DNA from: Vulcanimicrobiota bacterium
GTDB taxonomy: Bacteria; Vulcanimicrobiota; Vulcanimicrobiia; Vulcanimicrobiales; Vulcanimicrobiaceae
DNA length: 64,000 nt
NCBI GenBank assembly: GCA_963786105.1
Contig: CAWAXX010000012.1
Span: 1 to 64,000 of the forward strand
Direction of reading: 5' to 3'
Every line of letters starts with the position of its first letter. The stretch's first letter is position 1. The translations under genes were made by a program, and so were the position numbers. Shown piece by piece: positions 33,227 to 44,637 of the stretch. The notes beneath the pieces are model-generated. The model saw only the letters and a program-made list of their open reading frames with translations, had not been told where the DNA came from and searched no databases.

Positions 33227-34096
33227 TTGAAGCGACGTTACGGAATTGCCCGCGCGGTCGTCGTAGCGGTATTGACCGCATTCTTCGCCGTTCTCGGCAC
33301 GATCCAGCTGGCGTCATACGCCTTCAGCGCACCGGAAGCGTCGGCCGGCACGTTACCCACTCGAGTACCCGTAAGTTTCGGGCGGGCCGTTTACCGCGCG
33401 TTGGATCGCCTTGCCCCGGCGCCGTACGTCGAGGCAACGTTAGCGTCCGACGCGCTCGCCAGCGGAGCGACCGGTGAGGCGAAGCACTACGCGTTGCGTT
33501 TGCCGGCCTCGGCGGCACGCGATGAGCTGCTGGCACGCATCGCCGCTTCCGATGGCGATCCGGAGCTGGCGCTGGAGTATTTTCTCGCGGCTCCGGACGT
33601 CGACGCGGTGCAATCGGCCGTAAGTTCGCTGGCGACCGGCGACCCAGCCGCCGCATACTTTTTGGAACGGACGCTCAACGCCCGCTTGTCGCTCCAAACG
33701 ATCCATCCCGACGCGGTGGCCGAGACGTATTGGCGCATGGGCGAACTGGCAAATCGGCGCGCTTGGCGCGAGATTCCGGCGAGCCGGGCGCAGGGCAACT
33801 GGTTGCGTCGCGGGATGGCGGATTTTCAATCGGCAGTCGATCTCGCGCCGTTGTCGGGCAAGTTTGCGATCTCCGCCGCCAATCAAGCGATGCAGCTGGG
33901 AGACGTCGCTCGCGCCCGAGCGCTGTTCGCGCGCGCCGCCGAGACCGATCCCGCGAGTGCCGACGCCGTCGCCGGATTAGGCGTCGTCGCATACCGGCAA
34001 GGAGACCGCAGGTCGGCCGTCGCGTACCTCGCTCGGGCGCGATCGCTCGATCCGCACTCGCTCATGGTTCGCGCGCTGGAGCGCGACTTGCGGTGA
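33227..34096 (+). CDS. Membrane-anchored TPR-like protein
   Basis: N-terminal TM segment; helical repeats such as ARALFARAAETDP...AGLGVVAYRQGD...ARSLDP. Confidence 0.65.
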   Translation: MKRRYGIARAVVVAVLTAFFAVLGTIQLASYAFSAPEASAGTLPTRVPVSFGRAVYRALDRLAPAPYVEATLASDALASGATGEAKHYALRLPASAARDELLARIAASDGDPELALEYFLAAPDVDAVQSAVSSLATGDPAAAYFLERTLNARLSLQTIHPDAVAETYWRMGELANRRAWREIPASRAQGNWLRRGMADFQSAVDLAPLSGKFAISAANQAMQLGDVARARALFARAAETDPASADAVAGLGVVAYRQGDRRSAVAYLARARSLDPHSLMVRALERDLR

Positions 34097-35121
34097 GGGT
34101 CGCGCTCGACGCACAGTTGGCGATCGGGACGGCGACGGGCATAGGCGAGTACGTTTGCGGATTGGCAGGCGCGTTGCGCAAGATGGGCGACGTCGAGGTC
34201 GTCGAGCTCACTGAACCCGGCCTCGACCCGTGGCGCTTCGACCGGCGAATATTTTGGGACCAGATTCTGCTGCCGCGGCGCGCGCGGAAGTCCGGCGCCG
34301 AAGTTCTGCATTGCGCGTCGGGGACGGTTCCGTTCTATTCGTCGCTTCCGCTGGTCGCGACGGTGCACGACGTCGCGTGGCTGCGGGTGCAATCGCACGC
34401 GCCCGCGTACGCGCGGTACTATTTCGGCGCGTTTTCCGTCGGGCTGTACCAGAAGGTCGCGCAGATCGCCGTCGATTCGGAGTTCTCTCGCGGCGAACTG
34501 CTTCGGGCTCTCACGGGGTACGACGCGCGGCGCGTGCACGTGGTGTATCCCGGCGTCGCCGACGATTTCTGTTCGCTGCAGCGACGTCGTGGCGACGGCC
34601 GTACGATTCTCATCGTGGGAACGGTCGAGCGTCGCAAGAACCTCGAAGCGCTGATCCGGCTGCTCCCGGATCTCGACGGCGCGCGCATCGTGTCGGTTGG
34701 TCCTCCGACGCCCTATCAAGCGGAGTGCGCGAAGCAGGCAGAGAGCTTAGGCGTAGCCGGCCGGGTTCAGTTTCGCGGCTACGTGGAGCGTCGAGAGCTG
34801 TTGGATTTATACGCGGAATGCGGGGTCGTCGCGGTTCCGTCGCACTATGAAGGGTTCGGGTATGCGGCGGCGCAGGCGCTCTGTTGCGGCGCGCCGTGCA
34901 TCGTTTCGGATCGAGGGGCTCTTTCCGAAATCGTCGGCAACGATGCGCCGGTCGTTGCGGTGGACGATGCCTCAGCATGGACGAAGGCACTCGCCTACGC
35001 GCTGAGTGGCTGCGACGACGCGCGAGCCGCAGACGTCCGCGAGCGGGCGATCGCGCGCCTCGCGTGGCCGGCCAGTGCGCGACGAATGAACGACGTGTAT
35101 CGCTTGGCGCTTCGCGGGTAA
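34093..35121 (+). CDS. Glycosyltransferase family 4
   Basis: TGIGEY, VATVHD, VDSEFS, VGTVERRKN, PSHYEGFG. Confidence 0.9.
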   Translation: MRVALDAQLAIGTATGIGEYVCGLAGALRKMGDVEVVELTEPGLDPWRFDRRIFWDQILLPRRARKSGAEVLHCASGTVPFYSSLPLVATVHDVAWLRVQSHAPAYARYYFGAFSVGLYQKVAQIAVDSEFSRGELLRALTGYDARRVHVVYPGVADDFCSLQRRRGDGRTILIVGTVERRKNLEALIRLLPDLDGARIVSVGPPTPYQAECAKQAESLGVAGRVQFRGYVERRELLDLYAECGVVAVPSHYEGFGYAAAQALCCGAPCIVSDRGALSEIVGNDAPVVAVDDASAWTKALAYALSGCDDARAADVRERAIARLAWPASARRMNDVYRLALRG

Positions 35122-35125
35122 GCTC

Positions 35126-36859
35126 CTAATACACCGGCGAGCCGGGCGCGCCGGGCGCAACGCTTCCGTCGTCGGGAGCAAAGATCAGTCGCAGCGGATA
35201 ACTCGAGCCGGCTTCCGGCATGGTAACGATCGTCACGCGTACGAATCCGCGCGCCGGGATGACGTACTGGCGGATCTTGTAGCGCGAAAACGCCGTAACT
35301 TGGTGCGATTGCACGAGCGTTCCGTCGATGATGTACGTTCCGGTCGCTCGGCCTCCACGCGGATTTTCGTACAACGCAATCGACTGCGGCGTCGACAGCG
35401 GGTTGTGCATGGTGACGACGAACGATTGCAAAACGCCGTAATCACCCGCAAGCGCCTGGCCCTGCAAGCCGTTGGGCAACGGAATTTGACCGATCGGCAC
35501 CTCGAGATAGTCGCCGTTGACGTTCCACTGCGTCGCATAATAGAATTCGGGGATCGGGTAAATGCCGCGAGCGTGCTTGTGCGTCGCTTCGAGTAATTCG
35601 CCCGCATCCGGAGCCGCGCTGGGATCGGCATCGGCGCCTTGCGCGAAGAGCGTAAGGTGTACTCCGCCGCCCGCAAGGACGCGTAGTTGGAGCAGGTTGC
35701 AGACGATCGTGCCTGGCGGCATATCCTGCGAGGCGATGTTGAGCGACGTATTTCCGGGGATCGTGATTAGGCGGCCTTGGTTCTGCACGACGTCGATCAG
35801 AAATGCTCGCGTCGCGATGTGCCCGGCCTCCATTTCGTTCGATGTCGGACCTCCGCGGCCGCTGATGAACTGCACGTTGACCGGTTCGGGCGAATGGTTG
35901 TCGAGACGCAGCACGACGCGGCGAGCCGGCTGTCCCGGCGGGTTGTAATGAAAGTAGAGAAATCGCGAAGGCTGCTCGCTGCGCAGGTCGGCGGCGAAGA
36001 GCGATCCGTTTTCTTCGAGACGCTCGGGATAGTCGCTGACCATCAGTGAATCGGGTGAGATCCGCGGAGCGGCCACGTTTCGCACGTCGACGCGCGTCGA
36101 TGCGTCGACCTCGAAATAGTCGGTGCCTTGAATGAGCACGGGAACGTTGACCACGGCAACCCGGTCTTGCGCGAGAGTGCCGTTGAACGGCACGTCGTCG
36201 GGGCCGACGACGATCTGGGCCCCCGGCCGCGCTTGCGCGGCACGGGTGACGGCGGCTGCCACCTCTTGGCGGATGAAGTCCGCCGAGGCAGGGTCGCCGG
36301 TGATCGAGAGGGTCGTTTGCGGCGCGACGCTGCCGGCATAAAAGCCAACGCGCACCGGAACGTCACGCGTCAGGCCGCGCGCGTCGGAGATGGTCACGAC
36401 GGTCACGCCGGGTTTCTTTCCGGTGACCGTCACCGTCGACGATGCCTGATCGACGGTAATGTCGGCGATCGCCGGATCGTGGATGACCGCCGCGATCGGA
36501 GCCAGCACCGAGCCGACCGTTATTCTCGCCGGACTGCCGATAGGAGCCGTCGCAATGGCGGGTGAGACCGTGATGGGTGGAGGCGTCGGCACGGGCCCAC
36601 TCGGTGGCGCTGGGGCCGGCGTCGCGCTCGAGGCGGGCGCGGGGGCCGTCGCCGAGGGCGTCGGCGAGGGCGGCGGCGCAGTTGGGTCGGCCACTGCCGT
36701 CCCCCCACACCAGCACGCGAGTAGGAAGCTGAACGCGGCAAACCATGCGGGGAAGCTCCGGTTCAGTCCGGATCGAGGAGCCGAGGCTTGAAGTTTACTG
36801 GGGTAAATGAGAGCCGAAGGCGACGACGAGCTGGGCTGAACCCGGGCTTTCCTAGGCAA
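35126..36859 (-). CDS. Secreted protein with Pro-rich linker and pilus-assembly/secretin N-terminal-like domain (start uncertain)
   Basis: Hydrophobic signal, [10 protein letters not shown] linker, [10 protein letters not shown]...[15 protein letters not shown]. Confidence 0.6.
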   Translation of the reverse strand: MPRKARVQPSSSSPSALIYPSKLQASAPRSGLNRSFPAWFAAFSFLLACWCGGTAVADPTAPPPSPTPSATAPAPASSATPAPAPPSGPVPTPPPITVSPAIATAPIGSPARITVGSVLAPIAAVIHDPAIADITVDQASSTVTVTGKKPGVTVVTISDARGLTRDVPVRVGFYAGSVAPQTTLSITGDPASADFIRQEVAAAVTRAAQARPGAQIVVGPDDVPFNGTLAQDRVAVVNVPVLIQGTDYFEVDASTRVDVRNVAAPRISPDSLMVSDYPERLEENGSLFAADLRSEQPSRFLYFHYNPPGQPARRVVLRLDNHSPEPVNVQFISGRGGPTSNEMEAGHIATRAFLIDVVQNQGRLITIPGNTSLNIASQDMPPGTIVCNLLQLRVLAGGGVHLTLFAQGADADPSAAPDAGELLEATHKHARGIYPIPEFYYATQWNVNGDYLEVPIGQIPLPNGLQGQALAGDYGVLQSFVVTMHNPLSTPQSIALYENPRGGRATGTYIIDGTLVQSHQVTAFSRYKIRQYVIPARGFVRVTIVTMPEAGSSYPLRLIFAPDDGSVAPGAPGSPVY

Positions 36860-38489
36860 TTTTGGATTCGTGGCGGGCTACAGCGGAAGCCAAGAGCGTC
36901 TTATAGCCGACGTTCGGAAAGAGCACCGTGACCAGGTCCCGTTCGGTGCGCTCGACGGTTCCGAGCCCGAACTTAGGGTGATGCACCACGTCGGTGATTT
37001 TGAACCCTCCGGTAGCCGCTCCCTCGTTTACCCCACGGCGCAAGGCCTGCAGGCAGTTGTCGCACGCACCGCAGTTTGCCGCGTCGAAATCCTCTCCGAA
37101 GTAATTGAGAATGAAGCGTCGCCGGCACGACGTCGTCTCGGCGTACTGCAGCATCATCGCGAGTTTGCTCTGATCGTAGGATTTCTTGGTGTCGTAGTTT
37201 GCCAAGCTCAACACGAGCTCGCGATGCTTGCGCACGGCTTCGGTGAGGCCGTACGCCGACTTCGCCACGCCTTCGATGTACCCCGATTTCTTGAGGAGCG
37301 CGAGAATCACTCGGAGCTTGGTCAATGGAAGCTGCAAGATTTTGCGGAGGTCGGCCATCGAAACGCCGCCCACCTGATCGCCGAAAACTTCGATCGTCCC
37401 AAACACGCGCTGTACTTCTTCGACGTCGGGATACTTGCCGGTTAAGAAGTAGTTCTGCACGCGCGTATCGCTCATCCGATAAATGAGAATGCAGCGCGAC
37501 GGCAAGGCGTCTCGGCCGGAGCGTCCCGCTTCCTGCGTATAGGCCTCAAGCGACCCAGTCAGGTCGTAGTGGACGACGAAACGAATGTTCGACTTATCGA
37601 TTCCCAATCCGAAGGCGTTGGTCGCGACGACGGCGCGGATCGCCTCGCCCATAAAGAGGTTTTGAACCGACGTGCGATCTTCTTTATGTAACTTCGAATG
37701 ATACACGGCGGCCGGGATGTCCAGCTCGTGGGTGAGATGGTGTTGGACTTCGAGGGCGTTCTTGATGGTAGCGGTGTAAATGATTCCGGTGCCTTGCAGC
37801 GCATCGTCCCCGGTGAACAACGCCGTGAGAATCTTGAATTTATCGGCGGCCTTTTGGGCCTTGCGGGCTTCGTAGACGAGGTTGGGCCGGTCGAAGCCGC
37901 GTACGATCGGCTTGACGTGCTCGATGCCGAGCTGATGCAGGATGTCTTCCCGCACCGACGGCGTGGCGGTTGCGGTCAGCGCAAGCACCGTCGGCCTTCC
38001 GAGTTTCTTGATGACGCTCCCCAGCGCTAAATACGCCGGCCGGAAATCGTGACCCCATTGACTGATGCAGTGCGCTTCGTCGACGACGAACAGCGGAACC
38101 CGGATCGATTGGAGCAACCGCAAGAAACTTTCGTCTTCGAGTTTTTCAGGCGTCGTGTAAGCGATTTTGATCGAGCCGGACGCGATGCGCTCGCGCGCGC
38201 GAATCTCTTGATCTTCGGTGAGCGTGGAGTTCAGCGCGATGACGCCGCCGATTCCGCGCTCGCGCAACACGTCGAGCTGATCCTTCATTAAGGCGATCAG
38301 CGGGCTGACGACGACGGTCGTCCCTTCGAGCAAGAGTGCGGGCAGCTGGTAGGTGAGGCTCTTCCCGGCGCCGGTGGCGAGAATTGCCAAGGTATCCTGG
38401 CCTTCCAAGACGCGAGACATCACCTCTTCTTGGCCCGGATAAAAATCTTTAAAACCGAAGTTTGCTCGCAGTGCCGCGCGCAGGTCCAT
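36852..38489 (-). CDS. recQ: RecQ family ATP-dependent DNA helicase with C-terminal Tudor-like domain
   Basis: [42 protein letters not shown]...CGACDNC; AAGGA RBS before ATG 38489. Confidence 0.92.
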   Translation of the reverse strand: MDLRAALRANFGFKDFYPGQEEVMSRVLEGQDTLAILATGAGKSLTYQLPALLLEGTTVVVSPLIALMKDQLDVLRERGIGGVIALNSTLTEDQEIRARERIASGSIKIAYTTPEKLEDESFLRLLQSIRVPLFVVDEAHCISQWGHDFRPAYLALGSVIKKLGRPTVLALTATATPSVREDILHQLGIEHVKPIVRGFDRPNLVYEARKAQKAADKFKILTALFTGDDALQGTGIIYTATIKNALEVQHHLTHELDIPAAVYHSKLHKEDRTSVQNLFMGEAIRAVVATNAFGLGIDKSNIRFVVHYDLTGSLEAYTQEAGRSGRDALPSRCILIYRMSDTRVQNYFLTGKYPDVEEVQRVFGTIEVFGDQVGGVSMADLRKILQLPLTKLRVILALLKKSGYIEGVAKSAYGLTEAVRKHRELVLSLANYDTKKSYDQSKLAMMLQYAETTSCRRRFILNYFGEDFDAANCGACDNCLQALRRGVNEGAATGGFKITDVVHHPKFGLGTVERTERDLVTVLFPNVGYKTLLASAVARHESKIA

Positions 38490-38625
38490 CAATGGTCCTT
38501 CGTAACCGGAAACGCCGGGGCGTACATGAAAACGCTCCAGCAAATCTTTAAAACCCCTTTCGGCGTGAACCGTTTCACTCTACCCCCCGGCAGGCGCGTC
38601 CAAACCCTCCTCCTAAGTCAGTGAG

Positions 38626-40245
38626 GTGTCCCTGTATCGCTCCTGGCGCCCGCTGTCGTTTGCGGACTTGGTTGGCCAAGATGCCGTCGTCCGCACACTC
38701 ACCGCGGCGATCGAGAGCGGCAAACTCGCCCACGCATACTTGTTTTCCGGGCCGCGCGGTTCGGGGAAGACCTCGGCGGCGAAGATCCTCGCGCGCTGCA
38801 TCAACTGCGTCAACGGGCCGACCGCCACCCCCGACAACACGTGCGAGAACTGCCGGGCGATGATCGCTGGAACCGCGCTCGACGTCTTGGAGATCGACGC
38901 CGCCAGCAACCGTGGAATCGACGAGATTCGCGCGCTTCGCGATGCGGTAAAATTTGCGCCGGCAGCCATGCGCATGAAAGTCTATATCGTCGACGAAGCG
39001 CACATGCTGACGAAAGAAGGGGCCAACGCCTTTCTGAAGACGCTCGAGGAGCCGCCCGCCCACGCGGTCTTCATCCTGGCGACCACCGAACCCGAGAAGC
39101 TACCCCTCACGATCCTTTCGCGATGCCAGCGCTACGCGTTCCGCCGAATCGCCATTCCGGTCATGATCGACAAGATGAAAACGATCGCGCACGCCGAGGG
39201 CATTGCCGTCGACGACGCGGCGCTCGCCGCCATTGCATACCGTGCCGACGGCGGGCTGCGCGACGCGTTGACGATGCTCGAACAGGCGGCCGCCTTTTCC
39301 GGCGGGGAAACGATCGGCGCGCCGACACTCGATCTCGCTTTCGGAGCCACCGGGCGCGACGTCGCTCAAGACGTGCTCAACGCGACGCTGGAGCGCGACG
39401 CGCCGGCGGCGTTGGCGACCATCGAGAGGGCCAGCGACGAGGGCACCGACATGAACGTGCTGATGCGCTCGCTGATTGCCGCGTTTCGTAACCTCTTGGT
39501 CGCCCGTGTCGATCCCGAGCTGCTTGCGCGAGACTTGGCGCCCGAAGACGCGCTCCGCGCGCAAACGCGCGCGAAGGACGTGCCGCAAGCCGTTCTCGTG
39601 CGGTCTTTGCGCGTGCTCACCGACGCGATGTCGCTGGCCCGTTCCGGCGGCAACCCGCGTCTGGAACTCGAAACGGCACTACTCCGGCTCATCCTTGCCG
39701 GAGAGGACCCGACGCTCGACGGCGTTGCCGCGCGCGTGGCGGTTCTGGAGGAACGATTGCGCGCCGTGCCCGCGGTCGCGGCCGCCGAGGCCGTACCCGC
39801 TCCGAAGGCCGTTCCGCAAGATCCGCCTCGGTCGCCTGCCCGCGTCGAAACGCCGAAGCCGGCCGCCGCTCCGGCGGGGCGCCTCTCGCTGCAAAAGGTG
39901 CGCGCCGCTTGGCAAAGCATTCGCAGCAAGGTCGAGAGCGAATACCATCCGTTGCGCGGACCGCTTTCGGGTGCGACGGTGGCCGAGCTCGACGGCGATG
40001 CCATCGTCTTGGTAGCGCGCAACGCCGTCGACGCTGCCATCGTCCGCGAGCGCGTCGGGCTCATCGAGACGGCCGCCGCCGACGTCCTCGGTGCGCCGAT
40101 GAAGATCACGTTGCGCGCCGACACCGCGCCGCGAGCCAAAGGCTCGGCGCCGGGCGGCGTCGCATCGGTGAGCGCCGACGGTGGCGACGCCGACGGTCCC
40201 GACGCCCTTTTCAACTACGCCAGCGAACGGATACGCGAACGATGA
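38626..40245 (+). CDS. dnaX: DNA polymerase III gamma/tau
   Basis: LYRSWRP, HAYLFSGPRGSGKT, EIDAASN, IVDEAHML, LKTLEEPP, SRCQ. Confidence 0.97.
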   Translation: MSLYRSWRPLSFADLVGQDAVVRTLTAAIESGKLAHAYLFSGPRGSGKTSAAKILARCINCVNGPTATPDNTCENCRAMIAGTALDVLEIDAASNRGIDEIRALRDAVKFAPAAMRMKVYIVDEAHMLTKEGANAFLKTLEEPPAHAVFILATTEPEKLPLTILSRCQRYAFRRIAIPVMIDKMKTIAHAEGIAVDDAALAAIAYRADGGLRDALTMLEQAAAFSGGETIGAPTLDLAFGATGRDVAQDVLNATLERDAPAALATIERASDEGTDMNVLMRSLIAAFRNLLVARVDPELLARDLAPEDALRAQTRAKDVPQAVLVRSLRVLTDAMSLARSGGNPRLELETALLRLILAGEDPTLDGVAARVAVLEERLRAVPAVAAAEAVPAPKAVPQDPPRSPARVETPKPAAAPAGRLSLQKVRAAWQSIRSKVESEYHPLRGPLSGATVAELDGDAIVLVARNAVDAAIVRERVGLIETAAADVLGAPMKITLRADTAPRAKGSAPGGVASVSADGGDADGPDALFNYASERIRER

Positions 40246-40550
40246 ACCAAGCTCAGTTGATGGCCCAGGTCAAGAAGATGCAAGCCGAGATGACGAAGGC
40301 TCAGGAAGAATTGGCAAACACGGTCGTCGCGGGGTCGGCGGCCGGCGGCATCGTGAGCGTGGAAGTTACGTGCGACCAGCGCGTCAAGACCGTTCGCATC
40401 GCCAGGGAAGCGGTCGATCCCGACGACGTCGAGACGCTCGAAGACCTCGTGGTCGTCGCGGTCAACGACGCGCTGTCGAAGTCGACCGAAGCATCGCAAA
40501 AACGCATGTCGTCGGTCACCGGCGGAATGCGCATCCCGGGCCTCATGTAG
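40242..40550 (+). CDS. ybaB: YbaB/EbfC nucleoid-associated protein
   Basis: QVKKMQ...GSAAGGIVSV...DPDDVETLEDLV; located between dnaX and recR. Confidence 0.93.
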   Translation: MNQAQLMAQVKKMQAEMTKAQEELANTVVAGSAAGGIVSVEVTCDQRVKTVRIAREAVDPDDVETLEDLVVVAVNDALSKSTEASQKRMSSVTGGMRIPGLM

Positions 40551-40566
40551 CGACGCTCGCTCGCAG

Positions 40567-41175
40567 ATGCCCAGTTCCAGTTCGGTCGCCGGGCCGGTTG
40601 CGGCCCTGATCAACGAGTTCAGCAAGTTGCCGACGGTCGGTCCCAAAACCGCGGCGCGGCTGGTTTTCTATTTGCTCAACCGGCCTCGCCACGAGGCGCA
40701 AGCACTGGCCGAAGCGATTCTTGCGGTAAAAGACCGGGTGCGCTTTTGTTCGATCTGCTTCTCGCTCACCGAAGACGATCCGTGTGCGATCTGCAACGAC
40801 GAACGGCGCGACGCCCGCATCGTTTGCGTGGTCGCCGAAGCGAAGGACGTGTACGCCGTCGAGCGCACCGGTGCGTTCAAAGGGCGCTACCACGTGTTGG
40901 GCGGATTGATCTCGCCGATGGACGGCATCGGTCCCGCGCAATTGCGCGTCAAAGAGTTGGTCGAGCGTATCGGCCGCGAAGAGCCGCACGAAGTTATTCT
41001 GGCTACGAATCCCAACGCCGAGGGCGAAGCGACGGCGCTCTATCTCTCGCGCCTGATCGGCCCGCTCGGCGTCGTCGTTTCGCGGCTCGCGTACGGGTTA
41101 CCGATCGGTGGCGACCTCGATTATGCCGACGAAATCACGCTCGCAAAAGCCCTCGAAGGCCGCACGACGCTCTAA
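40567..41175 (+). CDS. recR: Recombination mediator RecR
   Basis: LPTVGPKTAARL, C4 zinc finger, YHVLGG, ATNPNAEGEATA. Confidence 0.97.
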   Translation: MPSSSSVAGPVAALINEFSKLPTVGPKTAARLVFYLLNRPRHEAQALAEAILAVKDRVRFCSICFSLTEDDPCAICNDERRDARIVCVVAEAKDVYAVERTGAFKGRYHVLGGLISPMDGIGPAQLRVKELVERIGREEPHEVILATNPNAEGEATALYLSRLIGPLGVVVSRLAYGLPIGGDLDYADEITLAKALEGRTTL

Positions 41176-41207
41176 TTCGGCCCGGCGCACAGCGCCGTCA
41201 CGGTGCC

Positions 41208-41844
41208 CTATGCTGGAGAAACCAGCAGGAGCGCATCGCCGTTGCGCACCTCCCCGGTCCGTACGACGTCGCAGTATATGCCCATCCACGCGTTTCGATG
41301 TTGGGCGATCCATCGCAGAATCTCGGGATCGGAGGCGCCGCCGTGCAAATCGTACGTGGGCGTCACGCAACGCCCGATCGGACCGCGCACGCGCAGTCGC
41401 GCTCGACCCAATTGCAAACTCGGCGCCCTGCAACGACGCTTCCCCAGCGGTGAAATCGGGGTCGGCAACGACGAAGAAATTGGGGCGAAACCTCTCGGGC
41501 TCGACCGCATAACCCACGTAAGCGCTCAGGCCTTCGAGCCATCGGTCGAGCAGCAGCGAGATAGGCGCGTCGTCGAAAAACGGACCGTCGCCACGACGTT
41601 CCAACTGGATGCCGCGCTCGGCGCCGAGTTGGATGGCGGCATCCGAATCCGGCGTGAGGTGCAGTCGTTCGTGCTCCTTGCCGCGGTACGTCTTGCCTTC
41701 GCGAGCGTGGCCGCTCAAAACGACGAGCGCTTCGGCGCGGTCTCCCGGGATGCCGGACTCGGCAACGAAGACGCTTGAAAGCGACTGTCCGCGCAGGCTC
41801 TTGACCGGATAGCGCCAGATCGCCGCCAACGTTCCCGCGTTCAT
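41208..41844 (-). CDS. MOSC domain protein (apparent +1 frameshift near 41408)
   Basis: IWRYPVKSL, GDR, RFRPNF, RCVTP, GEVRNGD. Confidence 0.88.
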
Positions 41845-41896
41845 CCACCGCAGTTACCCGGGGGTTTTTGGCGAGCCCTGCCAGAAGCGCGGCGCA

Positions 41897-42838
41897 ATGG
41901 AGTTACGCCCTCTCGGTTTCGGCGAGATTTTCGACCGGGCGATCACGCTATACGTCCGAAACTTTTGGCCGTTCTTTGCCATCGTGCTCGTCTTGATCGT
42001 CCCGCTCGCCGTGGTCCAGTACGTTCTCGACTCGAGCCAGGTGGCGCAGCTTTCCGAGTTGATACGCGTTCTACAGCACCCCGGTTCGCCGCCGCCGGTC
42101 ATGTCGAACCTCTTCGCATCGCCGGCCCAACTCGTCGCGGTCGTTTTGACGGCCCTGATCTTTTTGGTGCTCTGGCCGTTCGCACTCAACGCCGTCGCGA
42201 TCGGCGTGGCACGTCTGTATCGCGGCCGCCAGGTCGAATTCGCGGCATGCTATCGGATCGTCGTCGCGCGCTGGGCATCGATCCTCGGAACGCTCGTCAT
42301 TCAAGGCGTCATTTACGTGGCGTGGTACGTCGCGTTTCTGGCCGTGCTCGTCGCGTCGATGCTGATCGCGGTTACGTTCGCGCGAGCGTGGCTACCGCTG
42401 GGGATCGTCGGCTTCTTCGTGGCAGGAATGGCGATGCTGGCCGCGTTGCTGATGTTGGCACCGCTCTTCGTCGCGCTGACGTTCGCGATGAACTCCGTCG
42501 TCATCGAAAAGCGTGGGCCGGTGGAGGCGATTGCCTCGGGCTTCACGCGCGTCTTTAACCGCCAGGAATTTTGGCGAGCGTTGTTGTTCGCACTGGCAGC
42601 ATTCGCCGTGATACTCGGCAGCTCGGCGGTGATCTCCGGCGTCATGATCGCCGCGCTGCTGATCAAAGCGGTAGCCGTCGAGGTCGTTCTCGGTTCGTTG
42701 CTGCGCGCGGCGTTCGCGCCGTTTTCGATCGTGCTGGTCGCCGTTTACTATTTCGACGTCCGCATTCGGCGCGAAGGCTTCGACCTCGAGGCCGAGCTCG
42801 AGGCAATAAGCCCGGCTGCGGTTGCCGCTCCAGCGTGA
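41897..42838 (+). CDS. Multi-pass membrane protein of the MoxR-associated locus
   Basis: LRPLGFGEIFDRA N-terminus and YFDVRIRREGFDL C-terminus; several TM segments. Confidence 0.8.
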   Translation: MELRPLGFGEIFDRAITLYVRNFWPFFAIVLVLIVPLAVVQYVLDSSQVAQLSELIRVLQHPGSPPPVMSNLFASPAQLVAVVLTALIFLVLWPFALNAVAIGVARLYRGRQVEFAACYRIVVARWASILGTLVIQGVIYVAWYVAFLAVLVASMLIAVTFARAWLPLGIVGFFVAGMAMLAALLMLAPLFVALTFAMNSVVIEKRGPVEAIASGFTRVFNRQEFWRALLFALAAFAVILGSSAVISGVMIAALLIKAVAVEVVLGSLLRAAFAPFSIVLVAVYYFDVRIRREGFDLEAELEAISPAAVAAPA

Positions 42839-43560
42839 TCCTCGGGCGCGAAGCGCTAGTCGCCCGCTGGACGGCCGCGAGTCATCAATCGGCACGCCTT
42901 TTAGAAACCAGCACGCCGGTTGTCTCGCCGCCGGCCAATCTCCGCGCGCTGGCCGCGCGCGAACTGACCGTGCCGGGGCGATACCGTCTCACGGCAAGCG
43001 TAACTCGATCGCCGGAAACGCCGTTGTGGCTACGCCTCTGGACGTGGGCGTACGATCGCTGGACCGATCTTTGGCGGGCGACGGTCGGCCGAGCGCACCT
43101 CGGGCGTGCCGGTGCCGTCGTCATCGGCGACGTGCTGATCGCGCTCGTTCTGCTGGTAGTCGTCGTCGTCGCCGTGCGGCTGTTGACGACTTTGGCGGTC
43201 GAACGCCGGGCGCGCTCGACGTCCGCGGAGCCGCTGGACCCGATCGTCGATGCGGCGACGCTCTACGCGAGCGCCTGCGAACGCGCGCGTCGCGGCGACT
43301 ATGCCGGAGCGTCCCGGCTGCTCTTTGCCGCAACGATCTCCGCGCTCTGCGGTCGCGGCCTCGTGCGCGACGATCGCAGCGCAACCGTCGGCGATTTGCG
43401 GCGCGCTCTGCGGGCTGAAGACGGCTCGCTGATTTCCTCGTTCGACTCGGTGTCTTCGGCATTCGTCATCGGCACCTACGCCGAGCGGCCGGTCGACGCT
43501 ATGCAGTGGGAACGCGCACGGCTCGCCTACCTTTCGCTCGCCGGTCGCGCGGAAGCGTGA
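42835..43560 (+). CDS. DUF4129-like membrane protein
   Basis: One TM segment, then [14 protein letters not shown]...TVGD...F...YAER. Confidence 0.72.
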   Translation: MILGREALVARWTAASHQSARLLETSTPVVSPPANLRALAARELTVPGRYRLTASVTRSPETPLWLRLWTWAYDRWTDLWRATVGRAHLGRAGAVVIGDVLIALVLLVVVVVAVRLLTTLAVERRARSTSAEPLDPIVDAATLYASACERARRGDYAGASRLLFAATISALCGRGLVRDDRSATVGDLRRALRAEDGSLISSFDSVSSAFVIGTYAERPVDAMQWERARLAYLSLAGRAEA

Positions 43561-44637
43561 AGGCGCACCGCGTCGACGTCGCGGTACTGGCCGTAGGCCT
43601 GGCGGTGCTCGCGCTGCTGGCGTTCGGGCGCGAAGAATCGCAGCGCGCGGTTCCCGCGCCCTCGGTGTACTCGACGTACGATACCGGACCGAACGGCTAT
43701 CGCGCGCTCTACGGCGTGCTGATCGCAGCGGGCGTGCCGGTGCGGCGCTTCCAGCGCGTACTCGGAGCTGCTCGACGCCGACGTGGGAACGCTCGTCGTT
43801 TCGACGTATGCGGCGATGCCGCGGCCCGCGGGCTCGGCGCACGCGACGCTTCCGATCTGAGCCGATTCGTGCGCGGCGGCGGGCGTTTGGTCGTCCTCGA
43901 CACCGACTTTGCCGGGACGAACGATTTCACGCCGGGCGTCGGCACGTCGGTATCCGCGCATGGGCGCGACGCGATCGCGCTGGCAAGAAATCGCTACACC
44001 GCCGGCGTGCGGCGCGTCGCTGCCCCCATCGACGCCGTCTTTCCGTTCTCGCTTCGGCGCGGCGTCCCGCTGCTCGCCAACGACCGCGGCATCGTCGCGG
44101 CCGCGTATCGCTACGGCAAGGGTGAGGTCGTGGCGATTACCTCGCCGGGATTGTTTGGCAACGCGTCGCTTCGCAACGACGACAACCTGGCGTTTGCGTA
44201 TAACGTCGTCGCCGGTCACGGCCCGGCGGCTTTTGACGAGTACGTGCACGGCTACGACGACGACCAAAGCTTCTGGCAAGCGTTGCCGGCGCCGGTGCAC
44301 GTCGGCTTTTTGGATGGCGTGCGCGATCGTCGTGCTTGCGTTGATCGGTGCGAACGTACCGTTCGCGCCGCCGCTGCCGGCAAAACCGCCCGACGAACGC
44401 GACTCGTCGGCGTATGTCGACGCGATGGCGGCGCTCATGCGCCGCGCCCGCGCGGTGCGCGCCGCAACCACGCTGTTCGCTGCGGACGCGATTCGCCGCG
44501 CGCGCGGTCGCGAGAACCCCGGCGTCCGGGCGGCGGTCGCCGACCTCGAGCGCTTACGCGATCTGCCGCATCCATCCGACGCGGTGCTGGTGCGTGCCGC
44601 CGCGATCGATTTTCAGTTACGAAAGGATCTACCATGA
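43557..44637 (+). CDS. DUF4350-like protein (apparent frameshifts near 43764, 43811 and 44306)
   Basis: [30 protein letters not shown]...N..L..DDN, FDEYVHG; C-terminus ends in another frame. Confidence 0.72.

Noticed and set aside
38490..38625. SRP RNA (ffs/scr), often found upstream of dnaX
   Set aside because: No domain IV motif (CAGG...GGAA...AGCAG) is visible on either strand.
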